NCBI GenBank assembly: GCA_050251945.1
Contig: JBFWLW010000002.1
Coordinates: 288,001 to 352,000 of the forward strand
Reading direction: 5' to 3'
Source of the DNA: Deferribacterales bacterium
GTDB lineage: Bacteria; Chrysiogenota; Deferribacteres; Deferribacterales; Geovibrionaceae
Length of the DNA stretch: 64,000 nt
The notes beneath the pieces were generated by a model, which saw only the letters and a list, made by a program, of their open reading frames with translations, was not told where the DNA came from and ran no database searches. The position numbers were made by a program, and so were the translations under genes. This document shows, piece after piece, positions 10,399-19,931 of the stretch (positions within the stretch are counted from its first letter, which is position 1; each line of letters opens with the position of its first letter).

Positions 10399-11661
10399 AT
10401 GAACAACACAACGGTAAATAAACTGAAAAATCTGCTTATAGCCGCACTGGTGCTGAACCTTCTGGTGATATTCGCTCAGATTTACAATACTGTATCCACG
10501 CTTAAAAGCGCCAGAAACTCGCTTGCGCTGACAGGATTTGCCGCACTGACAACCTTTGAAGGCGGAAGAAGAGCCATGATGGCTCTTAACCCCGAATTTG
10601 CGCCGCGCTTCAAATCTTTCTTAAGAGAAACTGCGGGCACCTCGGCAGTCCGCTCAATATATCTTTTCGACAAGGACGGAAACGTCCTGCTGAACACCGG
10701 CGACATCGAACTGCCTAACTTTCCGATAGGGAGCAGATTGGTTTCCCAGACATCAGAAGGAATTCTGGTGATAAAACCCATGATATCACATCACCTCGGC
10801 AGGGGGATGGGCAGAGGGATGGGCAGAATGATGGATGAACCGCAACCGGATATTGAATCCGCACTGAATCCCATAGCTTTCGGCGGCGCTCTGGTTGATG
10901 ATTCCAATCTGAAAAGCCTTCGCGCGTCACAGCTCAGCTTTCTCGGCAGCGTTATACTGCTTCAGATACTCCTCGGGGTGGTGTTCTTTTACAGCTTCCG
11001 CATGTCCAAACAACACACGGAACAGACTCGCCTGCTGGAACTTGCCGAGCGGGAAGCGGAAATGGGTAAAATGTCCCTTGTAATGGCGCACGAACTTAAG
11101 AACCCGCTTAGTTCCGTTAAGGGACTGATAGAGTTCTCCGCCAAAAAAAGTGAAGGAACGGCAAAGGATATTGCTGAAAGATGTGTTGAGGAACTCTCCA
11201 GACTGGACAGAATCGTTAATGACTTTCTCACTTACGGGAGAGACATCACAATTGAAAAAAGTGAAGTTTCCATGACAGAACTGGCAAAACGTACGGCGGA
11301 ACTCCTGCAGGCGGATGCGGAAGCAAAAAATATATATATTGACGTTGCGGGCAAAACCCGCTCAGTACAGGCGGACAGCGCAAAGATGATGCAGGTGCTT
11401 TTTAATCTTCTGCTGAACGCCGTTCAGGCGGCACCCGAAAACAGCACCGTCAAAGTGGATTTCACCGGTTACTCGCTTACAGTGACCAACGATGTAACTG
11501 AGCGCCTGACCGATACGGACAAAATAGGCACTCCGTTCTATACCACAAAAACAGTCGGCACTGGACTTGGCATAGCAATAATAAAAAGAATACTCGCCCT
11601 CCACGGGTTCGGATTTTCCATTCACGCGGACGAGAAATTCATCGCGGAGATAACATTCTGA
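10399..11661 (+). CDS. Sensor histidine kinase (ZraS/HydH-like)
   Basis: Two TM segments, AHELKNPL H-box, NLLLNAVQA N-box, GTGLG; periplasmic HHLGRGMGRGMGRMM motif. Confidence 0.88.
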   Translation: MNNTTVNKLKNLLIAALVLNLLVIFAQIYNTVSTLKSARNSLALTGFAALTTFEGGRRAMMALNPEFAPRFKSFLRETAGTSAVRSIYLFDKDGNVLLNTGDIELPNFPIGSRLVSQTSEGILVIKPMISHHLGRGMGRGMGRMMDEPQPDIESALNPIAFGGALVDDSNLKSLRASQLSFLGSVILLQILLGVVFFYSFRMSKQHTEQTRLLELAEREAEMGKMSLVMAHELKNPLSSVKGLIEFSAKKSEGTAKDIAERCVEELSRLDRIVNDFLTYGRDITIEKSEVSMTELAKRTAELLQADAEAKNIYIDVAGKTRSVQADSAKMMQVLFNLLLNAVQAAPENSTVKVDFTGYSLTVTNDVTERLTDTDKIGTPFYTTKTVGTGLGIAIIKRILALHGFGFSIHADEKFIAEITF

Positions 11662-12959
11662 TGAACATATTAATTGTTGACGACGAGCAGAACCACAGAC
11701 TGATGCTTAAGCTGCATCTGGAAGATGCCGGACACTCAACAAATGAGGCAGCTAACGGTATGGAAGCGCTCTCGCTGCTGGAAAGATTTACATACGACGC
11801 CGTGCTTCTTGACATGAAAATGGACATCATGGACGGGATAACAACTCTGGGTATGATGCGGCAGCGCGGCATGGAATCTCCCGTCATCATAATTACCGCT
11901 TTTTCGACTGTAAAAACTGCTGTGGAGGCGATGAAGCTGGGCGCAGCAGATTACCTTACGAAACCGGTGGACATACAGGCGCTCTTTGATGCACTGGCAA
12001 ACTGCACAGCTTCCAATGCATCCGCTGAATATGCTCCCGTTGACGGTTATGTCTTCGGCGGCGTATACTCCGCAACAGGGCTTGGCAGTGTAATAAACCA
12101 CCTCAAGCTGGTTGCTCCAACGGACGCGACTGTTCTTGTTCTCGGCGAATCAGGAACGGGAAAAGAACTTGTGGCAAGATCGGTTCATGACAACTCACGG
12201 CGCAAAGACAAGCCATATCTTGCAATAAACTGCGCCGCACTTAGCGAAAATATCATTGAAAGCGAGCTTTTCGGACACGTTAAAGGAGCTTTCACAACCG
12301 CGGTTAAGGACAAAACAGGACTTTTTGAGGCTGCAGACGGCGGAACTCTGTTTCTGGACGAAATAGGAGAACTTTCTCAGACAGTTCAGGCAAAACTGCT
12401 CAGAGTTTTGCAGGAAGGCACTTTTGAGCGCGTTGGCGACACGAAAACCATAAAAACAGATGTGCGCATCATAGCCGCAACAAATAAGAACCTGAAAAAA
12501 CTCTCCGAAACTGGGGATTTCCGTGAAGACCTCTATTTCCGTCTGGCAGTATTTCCTGTTGAGATACCGCCTCTGCGGGAAAGAAAAGAGGAACTTCCCG
12601 CTCTGGTAAAATTCTTTATAGAAAAACATGCAAAACGCTTCGGAAAACTTGTTAAATCAGCAGACGACGCATATCTGCGCGCTCTTAAAAACTATCCTTT
12701 CCCCGGAAACATCAGAGAACTCGAAAACCTAGTGGAACGAAGCATGATCCTGACCACTTCCCAAAAACTGGAAGCCTCCACACTTCCGCCGCTGGGAACA
12801 AAACAAGCGGTCGGGCTGAGCATTCGTAACAATGAACGTGAATTAATTGTGAAAGCTTTGCAAAAAACCGGCGGAAATAAATCAAAAGCGGCGGAAATCC
12901 TTGAAATATCACGTAGAACGCTCCATAATAAATTGAAAGAATTCGACATTGAGGACTAA
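11661..12959 (+). CDS. Sigma54-type response regulator (ZraR/NtrC family)
   Basis: Receiver domain, GESGTGKE, ESELFGH, LFLDEIG, FREDLYFRL, PGNIREL, C-terminal Fis HTH. Confidence 0.93.
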   Translation: MNILIVDDEQNHRLMLKLHLEDAGHSTNEAANGMEALSLLERFTYDAVLLDMKMDIMDGITTLGMMRQRGMESPVIIITAFSTVKTAVEAMKLGAADYLTKPVDIQALFDALANCTASNASAEYAPVDGYVFGGVYSATGLGSVINHLKLVAPTDATVLVLGESGTGKELVARSVHDNSRRKDKPYLAINCAALSENIIESELFGHVKGAFTTAVKDKTGLFEAADGGTLFLDEIGELSQTVQAKLLRVLQEGTFERVGDTKTIKTDVRIIAATNKNLKKLSETGDFREDLYFRLAVFPVEIPPLRERKEELPALVKFFIEKHAKRFGKLVKSADDAYLRALKNYPFPGNIRELENLVERSMILTTSQKLEASTLPPLGTKQAVGLSIRNNERELIVKALQKTGGNKSKAAEILEISRRTLHNKLKEFDIED

Positions 12960-13874
12960 ATGAAATTTACTGCCATATTGCTATGCCTGCTGTTCGCCCT
13001 CCCGGCGTTTGCGGAAGATAAGATATCCGGATATATCTCCGGCGGCGTCATCGTAATTAACTCAGACGATAAGCTTATCCCTGACGGGGAAGCAAAGGAT
13101 ACACACTTCGATACCCTGACGAAAATAGGCGCTATGATCACAGGCGAAGTGAATTATAAACCCGACGAACATACAAGATTCCACATCGGCGTTCCCATGC
13201 AAGACATTTCTCCGAAATTCGAACTGGGAGTAGCTAGAGAATTTGAGAACAAGACCAAAGCCGATTTCTCCGTCATCTTAAGCCCGATGGAAAAAACATG
13301 GCAAAACCCATACATAGAGAGAAGACACGAAACCGACGCGGAAAGCTACGGGCTGGCACTGAAACTCAGAAGAATTGCAGGAACCGGATTCTTTACAGAA
13401 ATGTCCGTTATGAAGCATAATGTCAGCAACGACAAAGCGGAGGATGCATATTCATCCCTCGGAAGAAACGGATATGACAGTGAATTCAAAGCCGGATACG
13501 CCTTTCCTCTCAAGGAACGTTTTTTTGCTGATGTATTCGGCAAATTTGCCGCGGGCAACAGAGACGGCGACGCCGAATCGTTCAAAAGCTACGGCACAGG
13601 AATAAAAATCACAGCCTTCACTAAAGACAAGAACCTTCTCGTTTTCCTGCTGGCTCTGGACAGGGTGGAATTCAACGCGGACAATCCATATTTTAACGAC
13701 ACACGCGAAGAAACATCATACGGCGCCATGGCACTTTACAGACTTAACGACGCGTTCGGCTTTAAAGACAAGTTCATCTCTTTCTCCGGCGGATACGGAG
13801 CACGTGAGGCAAATATCGAATTCTTTGACGCGGAATCGTTTTTTGCAGGCATAGGAGCCGGTCTGAATTTCTGA
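12960..13874 (+). CDS. Exported outer-membrane beta-barrel protein (DUF2860-like)
   Basis: Signal peptide ending AFA, alternating beta-strand pattern, C-terminal Phe, WQNPY and RNG motifs. Confidence 0.65.
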   Translation: MKFTAILLCLLFALPAFAEDKISGYISGGVIVINSDDKLIPDGEAKDTHFDTLTKIGAMITGEVNYKPDEHTRFHIGVPMQDISPKFELGVAREFENKTKADFSVILSPMEKTWQNPYIERRHETDAESYGLALKLRRIAGTGFFTEMSVMKHNVSNDKAEDAYSSLGRNGYDSEFKAGYAFPLKERFFADVFGKFAAGNRDGDAESFKSYGTGIKITAFTKDKNLLVFLLALDRVEFNADNPYFNDTREETSYGAMALYRLNDAFGFKDKFISFSGGYGAREANIEFFDAESFFAGIGAGLNF

Positions 13875-13941
13875 TTTAATCTGTCTGTACAAAAAGACCT
13901 TTCCGGTGTAAATTTAGTCATAATATACACTGAGGTTCTTT

Positions 13942-15258
13942 ATGAAGAATATTCTTATTCTCGGAGGCGGTTTCGGCGGTCTTACTGCTGTTTCTTTTTT
14001 CAGAACACACATTAAATCGGGCAAGGTTTCCGTTACCCTCATAGACAAAAACAACTATTCTCTGTTTACCCCCATGCTGGCGGAGGTTGTCAGCGGAAAC
14101 GTAAAACCGGAGAACATAGTATTTCCGCTCAGAGAGATATGCGTAAAAAGCGGCATTCGTTTCATCAAAGACGAAGTTCGGCATATCGACACTGTTGCCA
14201 ATAAAGTGACCTGCGAAAACGGCGAATACCCGTTCGACTATCTTATCGTTGCAACAGGCAGCCGCACCAATTTCCGCGGCAACCAGTCCGCTATGAAAAA
14301 CGCTTTTGAATTCAAAAATATCACCGACGCCATACACATAAAATACCTTATAATAGACTTCCTCGAAAAAGCCAGTACACTCACTGATCCGGAAGAGAAA
14401 AAACGACTGCTCTCATTTTCCATCATAGGCGGAGGCATCACAGGTGTCGAACTTGCCAGCGAAATGAACGACTACATCCGTGCAAAAATAAAAAAAGAGT
14501 ACAACACCGTCAAAACGGACGAATACGACATAACCATCCTCGAATACAGCAAAACCGTTCTGCCCGCTATTGACCCTTCTCAGGCTCGTAAGGCGCAGGA
14601 AATACTGATTAAAAACGGCATTAACGTGATAAACGGCGCCGCTGTGGATGAAGTGGAACTGGACAGCATAACCTACAGAAAAGACGACCGGCAGTATACG
14701 AAAAGCTCGTCTGTCACCGTCTGGACGGCAGGGGTTGAGGGACAGGAATATCTGAAAGAAGTTGGCGGCGATACAACACCCGACAACAGGTTGAAGATAA
14801 CAAGATCGCTTAATCCGCAGGCTCTGGATGCACCGCATATATTTGTTATAGGCGACAGCTGCGCATATGAGTTTAAAGGCAGATTTCTGCCTCCTGTGGC
14901 TCCGTTGGCAATGCAGCAGGCGGTTATGGCAGTCAAAAACATAATGCGCCTTATAAACGGCAAAGAGCCCGTTGACTTCACCTATCTGCACTTCGGATAT
15001 CTCGTGTCACTGGGCAAAAACAACTCTGTCGTCAACCTTTTCGGAATCAAGATGCGTGGCGCACTGGCTTACTATATATGGAAAGGCGCATACTTATTCA
15101 AAATAGGCATGTTCAAGAAACAGGTGGCAGTTTTTTTTGACTGGGTCATGTCCTTCTGTTTCGGCAACGAATCCGTGCTTATAATAGATCAGGATAACTG
15201 CACAAACTGTATTTTGCAGAAGAACCACAAAAAACCGGCGAAGAAAATGCCGCTGTAG
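13942..15258 (+). CDS. ndh: Type II NADH dehydrogenase-like FAD oxidoreductase
   Basis: GGGFGG, FTPML, GGGITGVE, WTAGV, IGDS, APLAMQQ. Confidence 0.85.
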   Translation: MKNILILGGGFGGLTAVSFFRTHIKSGKVSVTLIDKNNYSLFTPMLAEVVSGNVKPENIVFPLREICVKSGIRFIKDEVRHIDTVANKVTCENGEYPFDYLIVATGSRTNFRGNQSAMKNAFEFKNITDAIHIKYLIIDFLEKASTLTDPEEKKRLLSFSIIGGGITGVELASEMNDYIRAKIKKEYNTVKTDEYDITILEYSKTVLPAIDPSQARKAQEILIKNGINVINGAAVDEVELDSITYRKDDRQYTKSSSVTVWTAGVEGQEYLKEVGGDTTPDNRLKITRSLNPQALDAPHIFVIGDSCAYEFKGRFLPPVAPLAMQQAVMAVKNIMRLINGKEPVDFTYLHFGYLVSLGKNNSVVNLFGIKMRGALAYYIWKGAYLFKIGMFKKQVAVFFDWVMSFCFGNESVLIIDQDNCTNCILQKNHKKPAKKMPL

Positions 15259-15264
15259 AATCTG

Positions 15265-15295
15265 TTGCATGTATTCTTTGTATTACATATAATAC
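15265..15295 (+). promoter_or_regulatory. Sigma70 promoter with overlapping palindromic operator for the TA locus
   Basis: TTGCAT-N17-TATAAT; inverted repeat GTATTA-CATA-TAATAC (15280-15295) covers the -10. Confidence 0.65.
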
Positions 15296-15312
15296 TTACA
15301 TGAGGTGCAACC

Positions 15313-15531
15313 ATGCTCACAGTCAGATTACCGGAAGAGATTGAGGCACGTCTTAATGAGCTTTCCGAAAAAACAGGAAGACCAAAAAGCTATTACATCA
15401 GGGAGGCAGTAGAAAACTATCTTGAAGACATGGAAGACCTTTACCACGCCGAAACCGTGTACAGACGCGTGCTTGAAGGCAAGGAAGAGATTTCCGCACT
15501 TGAAGATATAGAGAAACGCCTTGGCTTATAA
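15313..15531 (+). CDS. RelB/CopG-like ribbon-helix-helix antitoxin
   Basis: MLTVRLPEEIEARL..L..KTGRPKSYYIREA..YLEDMED..A pattern. Confidence 0.88.
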   Translation: MLTVRLPEEIEARLNELSEKTGRPKSYYIREAVENYLEDMEDLYHAETVYRRVLEGKEEISALEDIEKRLGL

Positions 15532-15565
15532 AATTCTTTTCACCAAAACAGCAGAAGTTGAATGA
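15521..15565 (+). pseudogene. Truncated RelE/ParE toxin (N-terminal 14 codons only)
   Basis: TTG start overlapping the antitoxin end gives MAYKILFTKTAEVE*, a RelE-like N-terminus, followed at once by IS sequence. Confidence 0.65.
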
Positions 15566-15576
15566 GATGATTACCG

Positions 15577-15754
15577 GATTACGTTTACCTTAACGACAGA
15601 CCTGACGCTAAGACTGTTATTTCTATGTTGCCTGAATGGTTTGAGAATTATAATGAAATGCATCCGCATAAGGGCTTGAAAATGTTGTCTCCGAGAGAGT
15701 ATATAAGAAAAAATAAGCACTAAATCGTTTACACTCTAAACAGGGGCTACTGCA
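15577..15754 (+). mobile_element. IS3-family (IS2-like) remnant: transposase C-terminus plus right end
   Basis: 15577-15723 reads DYVYLNDRPDAKTVISMLPEWFENYNEMHPHKGLKMLSPREYIRKNKH* (YN..HPH..L...SP motif). It is followed by ..CAGGGGCTACTGCA, an IS3-type end in CA. Confidence 0.8.
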
Positions 15755-15840
15755 AAGCCGTGATTCTTACAACTGCGCATTAATTTTGAGAATAGAACTA
15801 CAGTTAACACGGTTAGTCTAACAGGCTCAAATATAAATGC

Positions 15841-17403
15841 TTAAAACACCTTTTTGAAAATTCTTTTAAAGATATTTTCCTCGACATTTAAGACTTGGTA
15901 ACCTTTTAAACTATCAACTTCATCCTCTGCTGTATCAGATAAAGATTGATTATCATTCATAGAGTGGAGTACTGTGTCTGAAATAAATTTTCTAATTGCA
16001 ATTAAATCTTTTATTTGAGTTTCAAATTTAATGATGAGTTCATTATTTGGTTTAATTGTATTAATTTGCACAGAGAGCATATTGTTAAGTTTGTGAATAG
16101 ATAAATTACAATATTTTACTATATCTGTTTTGCTAGCCCCAAGTAAATTAATAATCTCTATGCCTAAATTGTTGTGGGGTATTCTACTGCTAATTTTGAC
16201 AATTCTATCTAGTGTATCAGCAACATAGCCTAAGCTGCGGTAGTCTAAAGTATCCTCATGAATTTGCCCATTTTCAACCTGTTTTATAATTAATTTTTTT
16301 AATAATACTATTGCAGAATCAATATCTCCCACTTCAATGCAAGCATCAATAAATCCAATAACATCCCCGTCTTGGTAGTCTTTCATGCTGTAATAGTAAA
16401 TTATATCCACCTTGAATGGCTCTATACAGTTATAAATATTTTTAAAATCAGAATAACTTATTACGCCTTCTTTCCAAAAAACTATAACACTAAACAAAAA
16501 ATGAGTAAGTTCACTCACGTTAATTGATTCGTCATAATTTGCAGTCTCAATTGTATCATTATAATTTATGCTAGAAAGATAATTTATAACGAATGGCTCA
16601 AAAATATCATAAATGTATCTTAAATCAGACTCACGCAATACACCTTCTTTCCAAAAAGTTCTAGCAGCAGATAACATATGAGCAGGTTCATGAATTCTAA
16701 TTATCTCATTGTGATTTATGTTAGCGATATAATTTTCAACTGATTTCATAAAGTTGTTAAAGTGTCTTTCTGTAAGCGTATAATATGAAGCAATTTCACA
16801 CCAACAAGAAATATCTCCTCTCTTTGCACCCTCTTTATAATATCTTAATGCTTCTTGTTTATTTTCATTAACACCTACACCAAAATCATGCATTAAACCT
16901 AAAAGTTTTGGAGCAGTAATAGAACCTAGTTCATATGCTTTCTTAAAATTATGATATGCCTCTTTATAGTCTTGAAAACAATTGTCAGTACCACTGTAAT
17001 AATTATGTCCCAGTTTTTCGTAATGCTCCCATGGTTGTTGTTCTGAATACTCAAGCTCACTACTATCTGCATCGTCAAATACAAGTTCTTTTTCAATTGC
17101 CTTAATATCTTTTATTATATCAACGACATCAGAAGGTTCAGCCTCAAAAAATTCTCTGCCTTTATTCAATCTAAAGCCTTGAGCTTCTAAATGTGCATGT
17201 ATAGCCTTTTCAGCAGCGGCACAATTCTGAAAGAACTCTTTATAAATTAGAATAAAATTGATAGGCACACCTGTAGCACTTGAAAGTTCTTTAACTCTTT
17301 CTTCCGGTGTTTTGGTTGTAAGACCAATTTTCAGTAATCCTGGCATAGCAGGATTTATTAAAACATAAATATAACCTTGTGAACTCATACCCATTACCCT
17401 CAT
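15841..17403 (-). CDS. T5orf172/GIY-YIG-like domain protein with SEL1-like repeats and an unknown C-terminal region
   Basis: GYIYVLINPAMPGLLKIGLTT..PEERVKEL..TGVP..E..IH...REFF; SEL1-like LG.MHDFGVGV..NKQEALRYY; visibly AT-rich. Exact start uncertain. Confidence 0.8.
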   Translation of the reverse strand: MRVMGMSSQGYIYVLINPAMPGLLKIGLTTKTPEERVKELSSATGVPINFILIYKEFFQNCAAAEKAIHAHLEAQGFRLNKGREFFEAEPSDVVDIIKDIKAIEKELVFDDADSSELEYSEQQPWEHYEKLGHNYYSGTDNCFQDYKEAYHNFKKAYELGSITAPKLLGLMHDFGVGVNENKQEALRYYKEGAKRGDISCWCEIASYYTLTERHFNNFMKSVENYIANINHNEIIRIHEPAHMLSAARTFWKEGVLRESDLRYIYDIFEPFVINYLSSINYNDTIETANYDESINVSELTHFLFSVIVFWKEGVISYSDFKNIYNCIEPFKVDIIYYYSMKDYQDGDVIGFIDACIEVGDIDSAIVLLKKLIIKQVENGQIHEDTLDYRSLGYVADTLDRIVKISSRIPHNNLGIEIINLLGASKTDIVKYCNLSIHKLNNMLSVQINTIKPNNELIIKFETQIKDLIAIRKFISDTVLHSMNDNQSLSDTAEDEVDSLKGYQVLNVEENIFKRIFKKVF

Positions 17404-17496
17404 TATGCAAGAATATACACGGTTTCATCTGTTTAGAACGCTCTTGTAAACTCAACTAGAGCATAGTTCATAAGTTATGTCATATAGAAAAAAGAC

Positions 17497-17578
17497 GAGA
17501 CTGCTTCACCCCTATGGGGTTCGCAGAGACGTGATTTTTATTCTGTCTTTGCGAGGAGCTGAGCGACGCGGCAATCTC
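17497..17578. repeat. REPIN-like palindromic element, copy 1
   Basis: GAGACTGCTTC..TCGCAGAGAC / GTCTTTGCGAGG..GACGCGGCAATCTC inverted pair. Confidence 0.8.
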
Positions 17579-17585
17579 CTCTTGT

Positions 17586-17686
17586 CTCCCCTTTTAACAA
17601 CGGGGGATTAAGGGGGATTTTCTTTCTATTTTAAGAAACTTAGTAAAGTCAAATCCATCAAAACTTCCCTTTAGCTAAAAGGAGGC
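17586..17686. repeat. Degenerate second-type REP-like element (CCCCTTT..AAGGGGG)
   Basis: CTCCCCTTTTAACAACGGGGGATTAAGGGGGATTT ... AAATCC..CTTCCCTTTAGCTAAAAGGAGG. Confidence 0.45.
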
Positions 17687-17929
17687 TTCAATAGGAAATG
17701 CGTTAATTTTTATGAAAAATGCTCTAGCGGTTACGCTTTCATGCGCCCAACAATCAAATTAATAATACCATCAAGCGCCTAAATATCAAATTGAAAAATA
17801 ATTTCATTTTCAAGAGAAATGCATGATTCTTAATTATTAGCATGAACAAGCGTCAGTTATTGTCGCTTTATGATAATTTTTAAATGATAAAGAGGAAATG
17901 CGAAGTGTTATAAACGGCAAAATAAAAAT

Positions 17930-17953
17930 AGCCGAACCCGCAAAGGCTCGGCT
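17930..17953 (-). terminator. Intrinsic terminator downstream of the tRNA
   Basis: AGCCGAGCC-loop-GGTTCGGCT stem followed by a T-rich run on the minus strand. Confidence 0.7.
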
Positions 17954-17964
17954 TTTCTTTTGTA

Positions 17965-18038
17965 TGGCGGTGCAGGGAATTGAACCCCGGACACTGCGGA
18001 TATGAGCCGCATGCTCTAACCATCTGAGCTACACCGCC
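17965..18038 (-). tRNA. tRNA-Met(CAT), elongator type; CCA not encoded
   Basis: Minus strand GGCGGTGTAGCTCAGATGGTTAGAGCATGCGGCTCATATCCGCAGTGTCCGGGGTTCAATTCCCTGCACCGCCA folds as a cloverleaf with anticodon CAT and G1-C72 paired. Confidence 0.93.
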
Positions 18039-18090
18039 GTAAGATAGGGATGTTTATATACCCTATCTTTTTATTACAGTCAATAAGTTT

Positions 18091-19209
18091 TTAATTCGCA
18101 AGAACAAAGTCTTTATTCTTTATTTCAACAATGACGAAAGAATCCTTTGAAAGCCCTGTGTGGTCGCCTGACGACATATTAAACTCGCCTGCGATGCCGA
18201 TCATCTTTTTGATTTTTTCAAGCTCTCCGGCAAGTTTATCACCACCTGTTCCAGCCTTGGCATATGCTGTTCTGAACAGCATGAAAGCGTCGTATGCATG
18301 TCCGCCGAAAGCAGAAACGGGTGATTTGAAATTGCCTTCAAAATCGTTTTTATATTTCACAAGCGTCTTTTTAAATTTGTCACTGTCGGGGAGCTGGTCT
18401 GCGACAACAATTCTGCCAGCAGTGAGCTTTATACCATTTGCTGCATCGCCCGCAAGTTCAATGAATTTCATAGAGGCAACACCCTGTGTCATATACAGGT
18501 CGCCCATACCGAGCTGCTGGGCGTTTCTGGCGATTATGGCAGGAGCCGCGCCCGCCGCCCAACAGATGACGGCATCATATTTCTTCCCTTTGATGTTAGA
18601 AAGCTGGGAGGTCATATCCTTGTCTTTATCGCGGAATTTCTCGTCCGCAACGATGTTCATTCCGTATTTTTTTGCGATATCAAGAACGGCGTCCCTGCCT
18701 GTTGAGCCGTAACCGCTCTGTTCTGTAATCAGTGCAATGTTCTTTTTCTTTTTTGTCGCAAGGTATTCAAGCAGTTTTTCAGCAACCTGAGTATCCGACT
18801 GGGGTGTTTTATATACATATTTGTTAACGGGTGTAACGATATCAAGGCTGGCAGCGCATGATATCAGCGGGAGTTTATATCTTGCCGCAAGGTTTTTAAT
18901 GGCAAGGGCGGAGCCTGTTCTGGACGGTCCCAAAACAGCAACAACCTTGTCGACAGTTGCTAGTCTTTTGAAAGAGTTTATGGTGATGTTCTCGTCACCC
19001 TGCGTGTCATAGATAAAAAGTCTGATCTTTTCACCGTTGATACCGCCATGCTTGTTCACTTCGTCAACAAGCATCTCAAGGGTCTGTTTTTCAGGCATAC
19101 CCAGAAAGCTTGTCGGTCCTGTAACGGAAAAAAGACCGCCAAGTCTGATCTCCGCGTGCGCCACGGCGCAGATGAGCAGCGCGAGCATAATAAAAGATAT
19201 CTTTCTCAT
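18091..19209 (-). CDS. Branched-chain amino acid type ABC substrate-binding protein (orphan)
   Basis: Signal peptide, SVTGPTSFLG, N..GGING, YDTQG, YG..G, GHAYDA. ATG 19209 behind AAGGAG. Confidence 0.88.
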   Translation of the reverse strand: MRKISFIMLALLICAVAHAEIRLGGLFSVTGPTSFLGMPEKQTLEMLVDEVNKHGGINGEKIRLFIYDTQGDENITINSFKRLATVDKVVAVLGPSRTGSALAIKNLAARYKLPLISCAASLDIVTPVNKYVYKTPQSDTQVAEKLLEYLATKKKKNIALITEQSGYGSTGRDAVLDIAKKYGMNIVADEKFRDKDKDMTSQLSNIKGKKYDAVICWAAGAAPAIIARNAQQLGMGDLYMTQGVASMKFIELAGDAANGIKLTAGRIVVADQLPDSDKFKKTLVKYKNDFEGNFKSPVSAFGGHAYDAFMLFRTAYAKAGTGGDKLAGELEKIKKMIGIAGEFNMSSGDHTGLSKDSFVIVEIKNKDFVLAN

Positions 19210-19335
19210 TAATCTCACTCCTTGAAAAACGTCGGTTGTTGATTATATCAGATGTCATGATAATTTCAATGTTTTATCAGACTAATTATAGGCTTTATCA
19301 ATAAGAAAATAGTTACAATCGCAACTATAATTATG

Positions 19336-19362
19336 TAAAGTTTATGGTCAAAATGTCGATAT
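19336..19362 (+). promoter_or_regulatory. Sigma28 (FliA)-type promoter
   Basis: TAAAGTTT-N11-GTCGATAT versus consensus TAAAGTTT-N11-GCCGATAA. Confidence 0.75.
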
Positions 19363-19381
19363 GGGAACACAGGAGAATTAT

Positions 19382-19588
19382 ATGGACCTGACATCAATAG
19401 CTGCAGCCGCCAGCGATATGAAAGCAGCTGAAACACAGTATGCTGCCAACATAAAAGTTATGAAAATGGCTCTGGACACACAGAAAACCGGACTTTCCGT
19501 TCTGGCGCCTACGGATTTTGCATCCTCAGGTGTAAGCCGCGCCGCAGACGGTACGGGCAAAGGCACGCTTCTCGATATTATGGCGTAA
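19382..19588 (+). CDS. YjfB-like small protein (putative motility-associated)
   Basis: AGGAG RBS; MDLTSIAAAAS..A.IKVMKMALDTQK...GKGTLLDIMA matches the YjfB pattern. Confidence 0.75.
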   Translation: MDLTSIAAAASDMKAAETQYAANIKVMKMALDTQKTGLSVLAPTDFASSGVSRAADGTGKGTLLDIMA

Positions 19589-19638
19589 AAGTGAACGTCT
19601 CCTCACAAAACATACACATTTTAACTACTCCATAAACA

Positions 19639-19665
19639 TATAGTTTATTTAACTTATTACGATAT
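19639..19665 (+). promoter_or_regulatory. Second sigma28-like promoter
   Basis: TATAGTTT-N11-TACGATAT, same spacing as the first. Confidence 0.55.
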
Positions 19666-19685
19666 GCTGATAAGCGGAGGACTAT

Positions 19686-19916
19686 ATGCGAATAACATCT
19701 GCCTCAAACCTTAACAGTACGGTTTCAAACTCGGTATCCGGTTCAAGAGCAGCCTCTTCCAAAACGCAATCCGATGGCGGATTTTTTCAGGCTGTTGAAG
19801 ATTTTTTTCAGCCGGTATGGCCTTTTCCTCCTGAAAAATCTGAGGCATCAGAATCAGGACTGGAAGCGTTCGCCGAGGACGCAATTAAAACAGCTTCCAT
19901 AAATTTACTTGCGTAA
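19686..19916 (+). CDS. Small hypothetical protein, Ser-rich N-terminus, C-terminal INLLA
   Basis: GGAGG RBS, 76-aa ORF, same orientation as its neighbours. Confidence 0.65.
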   Translation: MRITSASNLNSTVSNSVSGSRAASSKTQSDGGFFQAVEDFFQPVWPFPPEKSEASESGLEAFAEDAIKTASINLLA

Positions 19917-19931
19917 TCATGAGGTGAAAAC

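Noticed and set aside
15259..15312. attL/attR duplication of the tRNA 3' end bounding the islet
   Set aside because: No copy of the tRNA 3' sequence was found here by eye and no integrase is present.
17965..18038. Initiator tRNA-fMet or tRNA-Ile2 identity
   Set aside because: Position 1-72 is paired and the anticodon stem lacks three consecutive G-C pairs, so it is not fMet. The GGCGGTG acceptor stem resembles elongator Met; Ile2 is not fully excluded without tRNAscan-SE.
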